64,000 nucleotides of DNA. Source: Candidatus Aenigmatarchaeota archaeon (lineage in GTDB: Archaea > Aenigmatarchaeota > Aenigmatarchaeia > Aenigmatarchaeales > JACQIB01). The stretch lies in the NCBI GenBank assembly GCA_016198755.1, contig JACQIB010000001.1, forward strand, positions 129,178-193,177, in the 5' to 3' direction. The position numbers were made by a program, and so were the translations under genes. A model generated the notes under the pieces. That model was not told the DNA's origin. It saw nothing but the letters and a program-made list of their open reading frames with translations, and did no database searches. This document shows, one piece after another, positions 1 through 8,446 of the stretch (positions are counted from its first letter, which is position 1; each line of letters starts with the position of its first letter).

Positions 1-966
1 CACTGTACCATTTGAAAGCCCTATAATTTTCCTGATAACAAGGCAGAGATAATTTGCTTTTATCTTTCTGCTTTTTGAATCCTGCCCTAAATGAGGGAAA
101 AGATATCTGTCCAGAATCTGTTCAATCCTTTCTTTCTGGCTCTCTTTCTGCACAACTTTCATATGATTAGCCATAAACTCTATGGCATCTTTTTGTGTTT
201 TAACATCAGTTTCGTACAAATTCCCATAAAATTCCTCAGAAACTTTCTCCCCTCCTCCCACAGCTTCTACAATTTCCTTATCACTTTCCAAACCAAGTGC
301 CTTAAGCAGTGCAATAACAGGCAGCCTCCTTATGTTTGCAAAGGAAATAGAAATAGAACCATCATTTTTCCTTTCTATAGCATGCCTCTGAACATATCCC
401 CCTCTTTCAGAGTTTACTCTTGCAATCTCAGTATAGTTTCCTATATCCTGCTTCTGTACAATAATCCTGTTGGATGCTATCTCTTCTATCAAAATCAAAA
501 CTCTTTCTGTCCCGTTGATAACAAAATATCCGCCTGGATCCAAAGGATCTTCTCCTGCAGCTTCCAGTTGATCAGTTTTCATTTTACCCAGCGGACAGAA
601 TTTTGATTTTAACATTATTGGAAGAGATCCAACCTGCACATTAACTGTCTCCTGCTCAACCTTATTCACAACAGGAGTCATTTCCACATAAACCGGTGCA
701 GCATAAGTAAGATCCCTTAACCTTGCCTCCAGCGGCATTATTTTCCTTACAGTTCCGTCAGCCTCAGAAACGCTTGGTTCCCCAATGCTAACAGCCCCAA
801 ACTTTATTTTCAGCTCCCCAATCTCAGGCACTTCCGGAACTATTTCCCCTATATCATCCACTATTTTCTGCAGCCTGTTATCCACAAAATCATTAAAACT
901 CTCTATCTGGAACCTTACAAATCCCACCTCATTCGCAAAAGAATTGAGAATAGGTTTTAGTTCCAT
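1..966 (-). CDS. rpoB: DNA-directed RNA polymerase subunit B (N-terminal part, runs off window start)
   Basis: ATG at 966 overlaps the rpoH stop (TAATG). Reads MELKPILNSFANEVGFVRFQIESFNDFV...PLEARLRDLTYAAPVYV...GSLPIMLKS...DPGGYFVINGTERV, hallmark RpoB motifs. Not in the ORF track because truncated. Confidence 0.97.
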   Translation of the reverse strand, partial: MELKPILNSFANEVGFVRFQIESFNDFVDNRLQKIVDDIGEIVPEVPEIGELKIKFGAVSIGEPSVSEADGTVRKIMPLEARLRDLTYAAPVYVEMTPVVNKVEQETVNVQVGSLPIMLKSKFCPLGKMKTDQLEAAGEDPLDPGGYFVINGTERVLILIEEIASNRIIVQKQDIGNYTEIARVNSERGGYVQRHAIERKNDGSISISFANIRRLPVIALLKALGLESDKEIVEAVGGGEKVSEEFYGNLYETDVKTQKDAIEFMANHMKVVQKESQKERIEQILDRYLFPHLGQDSKSRKIKANYLCLVIRKIIGLSNGTV

Positions 967-1229
967 TATTCATCAGCCTCCTTAATAACAATCCTAAAGT
1001 ATTCAGAAGTTCCCGCGGTGTGGCTGCTTCTGATAACTTTCAATACATCCCCAACCTTTGCCCCAATAGATTTTACAACCGGATCCGTTGAATCAATCTT
1101 TGGAAGCTGCTGCGGAATAATATTATATTTATCCATTAAAACCTTTTTTTCAGCTTCACCCAAAATAGTATGCTCTGGAACTAAGCGATGTTTCAGAATA
1201 TCAAATGTTTTTTCCTCTTCCTTTTTCAT
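966..1229 (-). CDS. rpoH: RNA polymerase subunit H (Rpo5)
   Basis: HRLVPEHTIL, LPKIDSTDPVVKSIGAKVGDVLKVIRSSHTAG motifs; directly upstream of rpoB. Confidence 0.97.
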   Translation of the reverse strand: MKKEEEKTFDILKHRLVPEHTILGEAEKKVLMDKYNIIPQQLPKIDSTDPVVKSIGAKVGDVLKVIRSSHTAGTSEYFRIVIKEADE

Positions 1230-1247
1230 GGGGGCACCTGTTGACAG

Positions 1248-1282
1248 AGCCAGCCAATCCCGAAGGATTATCAGGGCTAGCT
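1248..1282 (-). promoter_or_regulatory. Structured 5' leader hairpin (cUUCGg tetraloop) upstream of rpoH
   Basis: Minus strand AGCUAGCC-CUGAU-AAUCC-UUCG-GGAUU-GGCUGGCU. TATA-like TTTATA at about 1327-1332; AGGTG Shine-Dalgarno before the ATG. Confidence 0.55.
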
Positions 1283-1355
1283 TGTAATTTTGGTTAAAAC
1301 CTTCTTTCTTTTCCTCTACCTAACCTTATAAAGCTTTCGGTTTTGCTTCATTCTC

Positions 1356-1661
1356 CTACTTTACCCCTTCCAGAACCAGACCCTTCCTAAACCCTCCCCT
1401 TTCACCCAGTTTTTTCAGCCTTATCCTCTCAATCTCCCCCATATCAAATCCCCTGAACTCGCAGATAGCATTTACAACTTCCAGAATATCAGCAACTTCC
1501 TCTTTACTTTCATTTGCAGAAAATTCCATAACCTCCCCTTCCAGCTTTTCTTTCAGTTTATCCCAATATTCCTTCCCTTCCACTATTTTAAAAACAGGTT
1601 CCTTTCCAGCCCTTTTCATTATCTCAGGCATATTGTCCCTAACTAGTTTTCCGAGCCTCAT
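1356..1661 (-). CDS. Nucleoside triphosphate pyrophosphohydrolase (PRA-PH/MazG-like house-cleaning enzyme)
   Basis: KLVRDNMPEI, EEVADILEV, RGGFRKGLVL motifs. Confidence 0.85.
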   Translation of the reverse strand: MRLGKLVRDNMPEIMKRAGKEPVFKIVEGKEYWDKLKEKLEGEVMEFSANESKEEVADILEVVNAICEFRGFDMGEIERIRLKKLGERGGFRKGLVLEGVK

Positions 1662-1708
1662 TCAACTCCATTCTATCCATACCTACTTAAAGAAAACGGT
1701 TTCAGAAT

Positions 1709-2098
1709 CTAAGAAGCACTAAAAAAGCCCTTGTTTTTAACTACCTTTTTCTGCATATCCTTTCTAATCTTTTCCCCGGCTTCCTTTAATTTATCTCCCT
1801 CAGTATCATTTCCTCTAGCAGACGTCTGCAAATCCCATGCAGCTTTCTCTACACCAGAATATCCATCCAAAAGTACTTCTTTTGTCTTTCCAACAGCACC
1901 TCTATATCCTAATACAACCCCTTTTGTAAGCTCGTCCTTCCACCTGAACAGAGCATATGTTAAAACAAGCACAGGTGCCAGAATAAACGGGTGGTAAAAC
2001 GGAAGTCTAAAAAAAGAGCCCGCATGTTCTATGGCAAGAGTTGCAGCAATATCCATGCCAGCAGCCACCTGTACAGAAGTTTTTGAATTTACATACAT
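1709..2098 (-). CDS. Hypothetical membrane protein
   Basis: 129-aa ORF with a hydrophobic segment and a charged C-terminus; upstream TATA-like sequence. Confidence 0.6.
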   Translation of the reverse strand: MYVNSKTSVQVAAGMDIAATLAIEHAGSFFRLPFYHPFILAPVLVLTYALFRWKDELTKGVVLGYRGAVGKTKEVLLDGYSGVEKAAWDLQTSARGNDTEGDKLKEAGEKIRKDMQKKVVKNKGFFSAS

Positions 2099-2189
2099 AC
2101 TACACTTTTAACATGGCTTACTTATAAGGTTTTTTGCACTCCAACATATAGGTATTTAAAACTTGCCTTTCATCCCTATATTGGTAAAA

Positions 2190-2657
2190 ATGCCAGTATA
2201 CAACAGAGCACGCTTTAAGGTTAGCGATAAAGAAGTTGTTCCAGCCAGAGTTAGGCATGTTGATTTAGGTAGATATCAATTCGATGTGGTGCTCCCTGGG
2301 GGAGTATATGGAGGCCATGTTATGGTTCTGCAACCAGATGGGGACAGAAAAGACCAAGCAGTTGGGCGCAGATACTATCACAGGGATGTTGTCATAACTT
2401 TAGATCCTACACAGTATAGGCCACCAGTTCCTTCTGGAGATCCATTACATCCTTCAAGTGGAACTCCTGTAAGGGTTTCAAGAGACCATGGAATAATAAA
2501 GCAGGGTACCAGGAGAATAGGCTGGGTAGCTAATCCAGATTCTCTGCCACATATTTTAGAAGCTTTGGATCAAATACCAGACGAAAAACCTCCGCTTGGG
2601 ACAGCTAAAACAATTTTAGGAAAAGTAGTTGGAAGGCGCATAACTCCTACATTCTAA
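2190..2657 (+). CDS. Hypothetical protein
   Basis: ORF with ATG at 2190, about 28 nt after TATTTAAA; no recognisable motif. Confidence 0.6.
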   Translation: MPVYNRARFKVSDKEVVPARVRHVDLGRYQFDVVLPGGVYGGHVMVLQPDGDRKDQAVGRRYYHRDVVITLDPTQYRPPVPSGDPLHPSSGTPVRVSRDHGIIKQGTRRIGWVANPDSLPHILEALDQIPDEKPPLGTAKTILGKVVGRRITPTF

Positions 2658-2704
2658 CTGCTCTAATAGCAGCTTTTTATATCTGCAACACAAAAGGGAA
2701 AGGC

Positions 2705-3958
2705 ATGTCTTACAAAGTAAAAGATATTGGACTGGCAGAGCAGGGTAAATTAAAAATAGAATGGGCAGAGCAGCAGATGCCAGTTCTAATGAGCATAAGG
2801 AAGGACTTTGAAAAAGCACAGCCCTTCAAGGGAGTAACAGTTGCAGCCTGTTTGCATGTTACTAAAGAGACAGCAGTTCTTGTGCGTACTCTAAAAGCAG
2901 GCGGTGCTATAGTTGGGTTGTCAGCTTCCAATCCTCTATCCACACAGGATGATGTTGCAGCTGCTTTAGCTTCAGAGGGGATAACTGTTTTTGCATGGAA
3001 AGGGCAGAACAATGATGAGTATTATTGGGGACTTAACCAGCTTCTGGAATTAAAGCCTAACATAACTTTAGATGATGGCGCAGATGTTATTTCCACTATC
3101 CACTCTAAAAGAACAGATTTGCTGAAGAATGTTTTCGCTGGACAGGAAGAAACAACTACTGGAGTAATAAGGCTGAAAGCTATGGCTGCTGACGGAGCCT
3201 TAAAGTATCCTATAATAGCTGTTAATGATACCCCAACAAAGCACATGTTCGACAACTATTACGGTACAGGCCAATCCACAATAGATGGTATACTTAGGGC
3301 AACAAACATAATGCTTGCTGGAAAGACAGTTGTTGTATGCGGGTATGGCTACTGCAGTGCTGGTATTGCACTGCGCTCAGATGGTATGGGAGCAAATGTT
3401 GTAATAACAGAAGTTGATCCATTAAAAGCACTGAAAGCTGCAATGGACGGTTACAGAGTTATGCCTTTGAAAGAGGCTTCAAAAATAGGCGATATTTTCA
3501 TAACAGCCACAGGTGACAAGAATATTCTGCGCGCAGAACATTTCCAGCTAATGAAAAGCGGGGCAATTTTAGCAAACTCAGGGCACTTTAATGTGGAAAT
3601 AAGCATTCCAGATCTGGAATCCCTTTCAAAAGAAAGGAAAAAAATAAATGAAAATACTGAAGAATTTACTCTGAAAACAGGAAACAAACTTTACTTTTTA
3701 GCTGAAGGTAGATTGGTAAATTTAGCAGCAGCAGAAGGCCACCCTTCAGCGGTTATGGATATGAGCTTTGCAGACCAGGCTTTAGTTTGTGAGTGGCTTG
3801 TTAAAAACTATAAAACCCTTACTCCTGTTGTACATGATGTTCCAAAAGAGATTGACGAGAAAGTAGCTAGGCTAAAACTAAAGAGCATGGGCGTGGAAAT
3901 AGATTCTTTAACAGATGAACAGAAACATTATTTAGGAAGCTGGCAGGAAGGGACTTAA
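2705..3958 (+). CDS. ahcY: Adenosylhomocysteinase
   Basis: ACLHVT, SNPLSTQD, DDGAD, EETTTG, KHMFDNYYGTGQS, GHFNVEI, GRLVNL and GHPSAVMDMSF motifs. Confidence 0.98.
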   Translation: MSYKVKDIGLAEQGKLKIEWAEQQMPVLMSIRKDFEKAQPFKGVTVAACLHVTKETAVLVRTLKAGGAIVGLSASNPLSTQDDVAAALASEGITVFAWKGQNNDEYYWGLNQLLELKPNITLDDGADVISTIHSKRTDLLKNVFAGQEETTTGVIRLKAMAADGALKYPIIAVNDTPTKHMFDNYYGTGQSTIDGILRATNIMLAGKTVVVCGYGYCSAGIALRSDGMGANVVITEVDPLKALKAAMDGYRVMPLKEASKIGDIFITATGDKNILRAEHFQLMKSGAILANSGHFNVEISIPDLESLSKERKKINENTEEFTLKTGNKLYFLAEGRLVNLAAAEGHPSAVMDMSFADQALVCEWLVKNYKTLTPVVHDVPKEIDEKVARLKLKSMGVEIDSLTDEQKHYLGSWQEGT

Positions 3959-4032
3959 ACGGAACCCCCCCAAACTATTAATCACTTTATAGTAGTGATA
4001 GCTTTATATATCGCGAAAACCTATTGTTTGTT

Positions 4033-5280
4033 ATGGCAGAACAGGAAACTGGATGGTTCGACCTGTCCATAGAGCAGAGGTTTTCTACCCTTATTTCTGC
4101 ATTAGGAAATGATCTAAGAAATGTTATGGTAGCACATGTTCTGCCCAGACAGGCATTCAAAGATAGGAGACAAATAGCTGCAGATTTTTCGAGCTTCGTA
4201 GACGCATCAGACAAAAGGCTGAAAATGCCAATTCCAACTTCTATAGAATCCCACCTTAACAATGTTTTGGTTCCATTATGGGCAGAGGAAAGTCCTGATG
4301 GAGGCAGCTGGAGACTTACACAAGCAGGTTACAGGATAGCAGCACCAGCCGCTGCGCATGCAATAGCTACATCTGTAGAGCTAGGCACAATGAACTCTAT
4401 TTTAGGCTTTACAAAAAAGGGCGGTTTTACAACATCCCCATACAAAAGGGCAATAATATTGGAGAATCTATACGAAACAACAGGAGGTGATGGAAAGCAT
4501 ATTTCTATAAGCGAAAGCGATTTGCAGCGCAGAATAGGATTTAGAAATTCTTCTCTATCCAAGCACCTTCCAGCCCTAAAGGATGCTGGAATGGTAAAGT
4601 ACGATTCTGTTTCAGCTGAGGATATGGGAGCGCAACTATACAAGTGGAAAGAGGGCAGACCAGAAGATGTGCCACCGCTGCCAAAATTTGCAATAACCTT
4701 GGATGTGGCCAGAGCTCTCAAAAACTCTAAGGATCCGATGGACTATAAATCCATTGCCTCTATGTTAGGAATACCTCCAACAAGAGTTTCAACTGTACTG
4801 AATTATCTTTCAGAGAATGGTTATGTAGAAAGTGTAAGCGGTTTTGTAAGGGGAAAGAAAATGTCAGTGGTTAAAATTTCTGACAATGGAGTAGCTTTGA
4901 TAGATAGGTTTATAGAACCTTTGAGAGCTACTTCTGTCACCAGACATCCTTCAAAAGAACTTAGAGATTCATCAGACATTTATGGAGGTCGCAGGACACT
5001 TGCTGTCGAGCATAACACAGCAGTTATGGTAGCTTATCAGAGCGAGCTAACTAGAGGAGAGACAAACAGGCATTCACAGGTTATTGGTATGCTCGGGGAA
5101 AAGCCTATGAGAATAGTTGATATAGAAGAGGTTATTGGTGTTCCTCCAGCCAGATATTTGAGGGACTTAGTTGCTGGTGGCTATGTTCAAAAGAGGAGAG
5201 GTTGCCCATCAGACCCTGGAAAAGGACATGGAGTTTGGTACAGCCGCACATCAAGGCCATTTTCCAGCCCAGCACTTTAA
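4033..5280 (+). CDS. Protein with several tandem winged helix-turn-helix domains
   Basis: Repeated wHTH-like units: SLSKHLPALKDAGMV, RVSTVLNYLSENGYV, RYLRDLVAGGYV, plus an N-terminal WRLTQAG wing. Confidence 0.7.
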   Translation: MAEQETGWFDLSIEQRFSTLISALGNDLRNVMVAHVLPRQAFKDRRQIAADFSSFVDASDKRLKMPIPTSIESHLNNVLVPLWAEESPDGGSWRLTQAGYRIAAPAAAHAIATSVELGTMNSILGFTKKGGFTTSPYKRAIILENLYETTGGDGKHISISESDLQRRIGFRNSSLSKHLPALKDAGMVKYDSVSAEDMGAQLYKWKEGRPEDVPPLPKFAITLDVARALKNSKDPMDYKSIASMLGIPPTRVSTVLNYLSENGYVESVSGFVRGKKMSVVKISDNGVALIDRFIEPLRATSVTRHPSKELRDSSDIYGGRRTLAVEHNTAVMVAYQSELTRGETNRHSQVIGMLGEKPMRIVDIEEVIGVPPARYLRDLVAGGYVQKRRGCPSDPGKGHGVWYSRTSRPFSSPAL

Positions 5281-5283
5281 TTA

Positions 5284-5730
5284 TTATTTCCCTTCCAGAG
5301 TTTTAGGCCCAAAGGGGTAAGGAAGCAGATCTTTTATTGTTGCAATCAAAACCCTGTCCTTCCTTGTGTTTGAAGAGATAACCTCAACCCCCCCTCCCGC
5401 AAACTCAAACAAAATCTGTCTACACTCCCCGCAGGGACCGCAAACATCCTTTGTATCATGATTATCTCCCTTTGCAATAACAGCCATAGATTTGAACTTT
5501 TTGTGTCCCATAGAAACAGCTTTTGCAATAGCAGCCACCTCAGCATGCACAACATGGTATACAGCATTCTCCACATTCGTTGCCCCAACAATTTCTCCAC
5601 TTTCAGTAAGAACAGCGGCTCCAACTGAAAACCCAGAATATGGACTATATGAGTTTTCCATAACCTTCTCAGCAGCATCCAAGAGCATTTTTTGTTCTTT
5701 GTTAAGTTTAGTATAGTTTGTTTCAATCAT
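5284..5730 (-). CDS. cdd: Cytidine deaminase
   Basis: YSPYSGFSVGAA, NVEN, HAE and PCGECRQ zinc motifs. Confidence 0.95.
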   Translation of the reverse strand: MIETNYTKLNKEQKMLLDAAEKVMENSYSPYSGFSVGAAVLTESGEIVGATNVENAVYHVVHAEVAAIAKAVSMGHKKFKSMAVIAKGDNHDTKDVCGPCGECRQILFEFAGGGVEVISSNTRKDRVLIATIKDLLPYPFGPKTLEGK

Positions 5731-5760
5731 AAAAGAACTCTGAAAATCAAGGATATAAAT

Positions 5761-5872
5761 CTATTTGCCAAGCCAATATGCAAACTCCCCCCTTTCTCTG
5801 CATAACAAAACCTTCCTGTTTCGTATTATCAGTCTCTGTGCATATGAGCTATTTTAATATGACTATTTACAC
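5761..5872 (-). pseudogene. Possible remnant of a Nudix-type gene N-terminus
   Basis: Frames give VNSHIKI / AQRLIIRNRKVLLCRERGEFAYWLGK* after a GGAGTG SD-like site; resembles the Nudix N-terminal beta strands preceding PGG. Confidence 0.3.
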
Positions 5873-5877
5873 TCCAA

Positions 5878-7188
5878 CTATCCAATAGGGGTTGTTGTGA
5901 AGAAATTTACTGTGTACGTTTTCCCATTTAGGCTAATGGACTGCATACCCCTGAAATTTTCCTTGTTAAAATCTATTGAAATATTTGCAGAGAAAAACCT
6001 TTTGACTTTTGAAGAACCGTCCCAAACAAGGCTGTCCCTGACTCCCTGATCAACTTCGTACGTGCCGGAAATTGTAAAATCATTGTTCTCTATTATCTCC
6101 CCCGCATAAAGCCACTTTCCCCCCTCAAAATTCAGCTCCCCAGTAAACCCGCGCGGGTCGAATTCTACCATTGTAGAATTTACAAAATTTACTTTGCTGT
6201 TTTCAAATGGAAACAGCCAAATGCCATCCGAGTCTTTAATTGTAACATTGCTGTTCCTCAGGAACAGCCCCCACTCATTGTAAACATTTACATTTTCAAT
6301 ATGCACACTTCCGAAATCCAGATTTGTATATGTTTCACTCTTCAATCCCTCGAATTGCGTTGTTTTGTTTTTTATTTCCTGGAAAACAAACTTGTTAAGG
6401 TTGGAATTTTTTACTGTCACTTTTGAGGTCTCGTCTGCAAATACGCTCCAACCACGCTCATACGGCCCTTTTTTCTTTGGAGGGAGTATTTTTGAATTTT
6501 CGATTGTAATTCCCAATACAGAAAAGTTATCAATATTTCCGGTCTTTAGGTTTTCAATTGTTCCAGCTTCCCCAGGCCCATAAAAAAGGCCTATAGAACC
6601 CACTTCAGAATCCTTTATAGAACCTTTAACTTGACAGCAAACCTGCAAAATTCCAAAAGCCCCATCCTCTTCAGCTATATCATAGCTAGAATGCAGGCGC
6701 GAGCCATTTTTTATTACAAATTCTACCCCGTTAACTAGGTTCATAACATTGTAAAATGTAGAATTATCAATTAAAATTGAAGAGGTATCGTATGCAGTAA
6801 GGTATAGGTTTGCAGGGTCATCAATTGGAGGCACAAGCCTGCTATTTATAATTTCCAGTGTGGAGTTTCCATGCATTAAAATTTCAGCCCGCGGCCCCTG
6901 CTTTTTTACTATAACATTACTGTTTCCAATTGTCAGTTTGGCATTGTCAAACAGTTCAATATTACCTATCTGAACATAGTTAGGCTTGTTTTCTATAACC
7001 ATCTCCTGATTGCCAGAGAGACTTATTTTTCCCTCATGTGTTTCCAATTGGGTTGTAGAAGTTTCAATCTGGGTTGTAGTGACTTCCGCTTGGGATGTGT
7101 TGCTTTCCCCCTGAGATGTTTGCCCTGTGCATCCGGCAGCAAAAACAGCCAAACCCAGCAGCAAAAATAGCAAAACCAGTTTTTTCAT
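5878..7188 (-). CDS. Secreted lipoprotein with predicted parallel beta-helix repeats
   Basis: Signal and lipobox MKKLVLLFLLLGLAVFAAGC, Thr/Ser/Gln linker, many [IV]x[ND]S repeats. Probable start is 7188, not 7212. Confidence 0.8.
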   Translation of the reverse strand: MKKLVLLFLLLGLAVFAAGCTGQTSQGESNTSQAEVTTTQIETSTTQLETHEGKISLSGNQEMVIENKPNYVQIGNIELFDNAKLTIGNSNVIVKKQGPRAEILMHGNSTLEIINSRLVPPIDDPANLYLTAYDTSSILIDNSTFYNVMNLVNGVEFVIKNGSRLHSSYDIAEEDGAFGILQVCCQVKGSIKDSEVGSIGLFYGPGEAGTIENLKTGNIDNFSVLGITIENSKILPPKKKGPYERGWSVFADETSKVTVKNSNLNKFVFQEIKNKTTQFEGLKSETYTNLDFGSVHIENVNVYNEWGLFLRNSNVTIKDSDGIWLFPFENSKVNFVNSTMVEFDPRGFTGELNFEGGKWLYAGEIIENNDFTISGTYEVDQGVRDSLVWDGSSKVKRFFSANISIDFNKENFRGMQSISLNGKTYTVNFFTTTPIG

Positions 7189-7218
7189 GGTTCCTATAAC
7201 CTTTGGCAGCATAAAAAT

Positions 7219-7463
7219 TGGTGGGCCCGGAGGGAGTTTCGAACCTCAAGGGAGAGGTTGAAAGGAGATACGTAGTTTCTCCTTCTTCGAACCCTCGACT
7301 CTCGGGTCTGAAGAGTGCTGCTCTCGCAGTATTTCTTCCTGTCATCGCCTGAGCTATGAAGACCCAGGCTGCACATGCTTTTATCTGGTGCGGGCATATT
7401 CTGCAACACTTCTGCGTGCCGCAGATAAAAGCCCGATACTCTACCAGACTGAGTTACGGGCCC
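7219..7463 (-). tRNA. tRNA-Lys(UUU) with a 118-nt anticodon intron (37/38; 7308-7425) and a 50-nt T-loop intron (59/60; 7236-7285); CCA encoded
   Basis: GGGCCCG/CGGGCCC acceptor, ACUC/GAGU D stem, UCGGG-CUUUUA|A-CCCGA anticodon arm, GAGGG-UUCGAA|U-CCCUC T arm. The T-loop intron has a BHB (UUCG/CGAA, bulges AA|G and AC|U). Confidence 0.88.
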
Positions 7464-7540
7464 AGATAACAGAAATTGGTAAAGAAGCTTATAAAGGCTT
7501 TATATTCAGCCTCTGCAAAGAATATTTGAGGTGTTAGTTA

Positions 7541-7747
7541 ATGCCAACAAAAACAATGTCTAAAACTTCAGGTGGAACCTGTAATGGATGCGGCTGCGGC
7601 TGCCCTCACCACAGATGGGCAATGAGCATAGCCCTTATAGTAGCAGGTGCTGTTTACGTGTATACAGCTAACTGGGGCTATACATTAGCTGCCTTAGGTA
7701 TTTTGGGCCTGCTAAGCGGGTTCTGCAAGTGTTGTGGCCACAAGTAA
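7541..7747 (+). CDS. Small Cys/His-rich membrane protein
   Basis: CNGCGCGCPHH, two short hydrophobic segments, CKCCGHK; GAGGTG Shine-Dalgarno. Confidence 0.75.
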   Translation: MPTKTMSKTSGGTCNGCGCGCPHHRWAMSIALIVAGAVYVYTANWGYTLAALGILGLLSGFCKCCGHK

Positions 7748-7800
7748 ATTTTTATATTTTCTTTATTTTTCTTCTCCCTAGCTTTGGCTACAGAATAAAA

Positions 7801-7876
7801 TGGCGCTCGGGGTGGGATTTGAACCCACGTTAGTGACTCGACAGGCCACTATACTAGACCACTATACGACCCGAGC
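7801..7876 (-). tRNA. tRNA-Asp(GUC), intronless, CCA encoded
   Basis: GCUCGGG/CCCGAGC acceptor, GUGGC-CUGUCGA-GUCAC anticodon arm, GUGGG-UUCAAAU-CCCAC T arm. Confidence 0.95.
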
Positions 7877-7934
7877 CCAGAAAACTATTGAACCCTATGC
7901 TTTAATAGCTTTACTGGGACGGCATGAGAAAAAA

Positions 7935-7957
7935 TAAAAAGATGGTCACGGTGTTTT
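7935..7957. repeat. Degenerate direct repeat of the 5S rRNA 3' end (att-like scar)
   Basis: TAAAAAGATGGTCACGGTGTTTT versus TAAAAAGATGGTCACAGCGTCTT at 9031-9053: 20/23 identical, first 15 exact. Confidence 0.8.
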
Positions 7958-7960
7958 CAA

Positions 7961-8446
7961 TCAAATTAATTTGAACCTTTTCCTTAAGGTTTCTATATCT
8001 TCATTTCCTAAGTTTTTGATTATAAGTTTTAATTGTATAACAAAATTCTCAGCTTTCGATACCATATCGTGCGCGGAGTCTTTTATAACACCGACATTCT
8101 TTTTGGAAGAAACATAATACTGTTTATCTATTCTTTCATCTTTTGCAAATGATATTGTTTTGAACAGGTCCGGTCTATTGAACAATTTTTGCAATAGTAA
8201 AATAGATCCTGAATGATTTTCGCATTTTATTCCTATTTTGAACAGTAGTGCTGTTAAAGAGTTGTACATAGCATAATACGACATTGAAATGGAGTTTTCA
8301 TAGAGGTCATTATTTAGCAAAAGCGTGGCTGATTTTATGCAAGCTTCAGATTTTTCCAAATAAGATGAACATATTTCTTCTGAGGGGTTTACAAGTTCCA
8401 GTGCTTTGCTGGCTTTAAGCTTGCTGAAAAAATCTTGTTTTTCCAT
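7961..8446 (-). CDS. HEPN domain protein (toxin of an MNT-HEPN pair)
   Basis: YLEKS, SYYAMY, CENH, ERIDKQYY motifs; overlaps the 3' end of the MNT gene. Confidence 0.88.
   Translation of the reverse strand: MEKQDFFSKLKASKALELVNPSEEICSSYLEKSEACIKSATLLLNNDLYENSISMSYYAMYNSLTALLFKIGIKCENHSGSILLLQKLFNRPDLFKTISFAKDERIDKQYYVSSKKNVGVIKDSAHDMVSKAENFVIQLKLIIKNLGNEDIETLRKRFKLI

Noticed and set aside
91-985. Plus-strand ORFs 91-606 and 785-985
   Set aside because: Antisense shadows of rpoB.
7064-7409. ORFs 7064-7345 and 7194-7409
   Set aside because: They overlap tRNA-Lys and the lipoprotein start; no protein features.
7308-7425. Group I intron or box C/D guide interpretation of the long Lys intron
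   Set aside because: It ends in G but is too short, the 5' exon ends in A rather than U, and no P7 core is recognisable. No proper RUGAUGA/CUGA pair is present.
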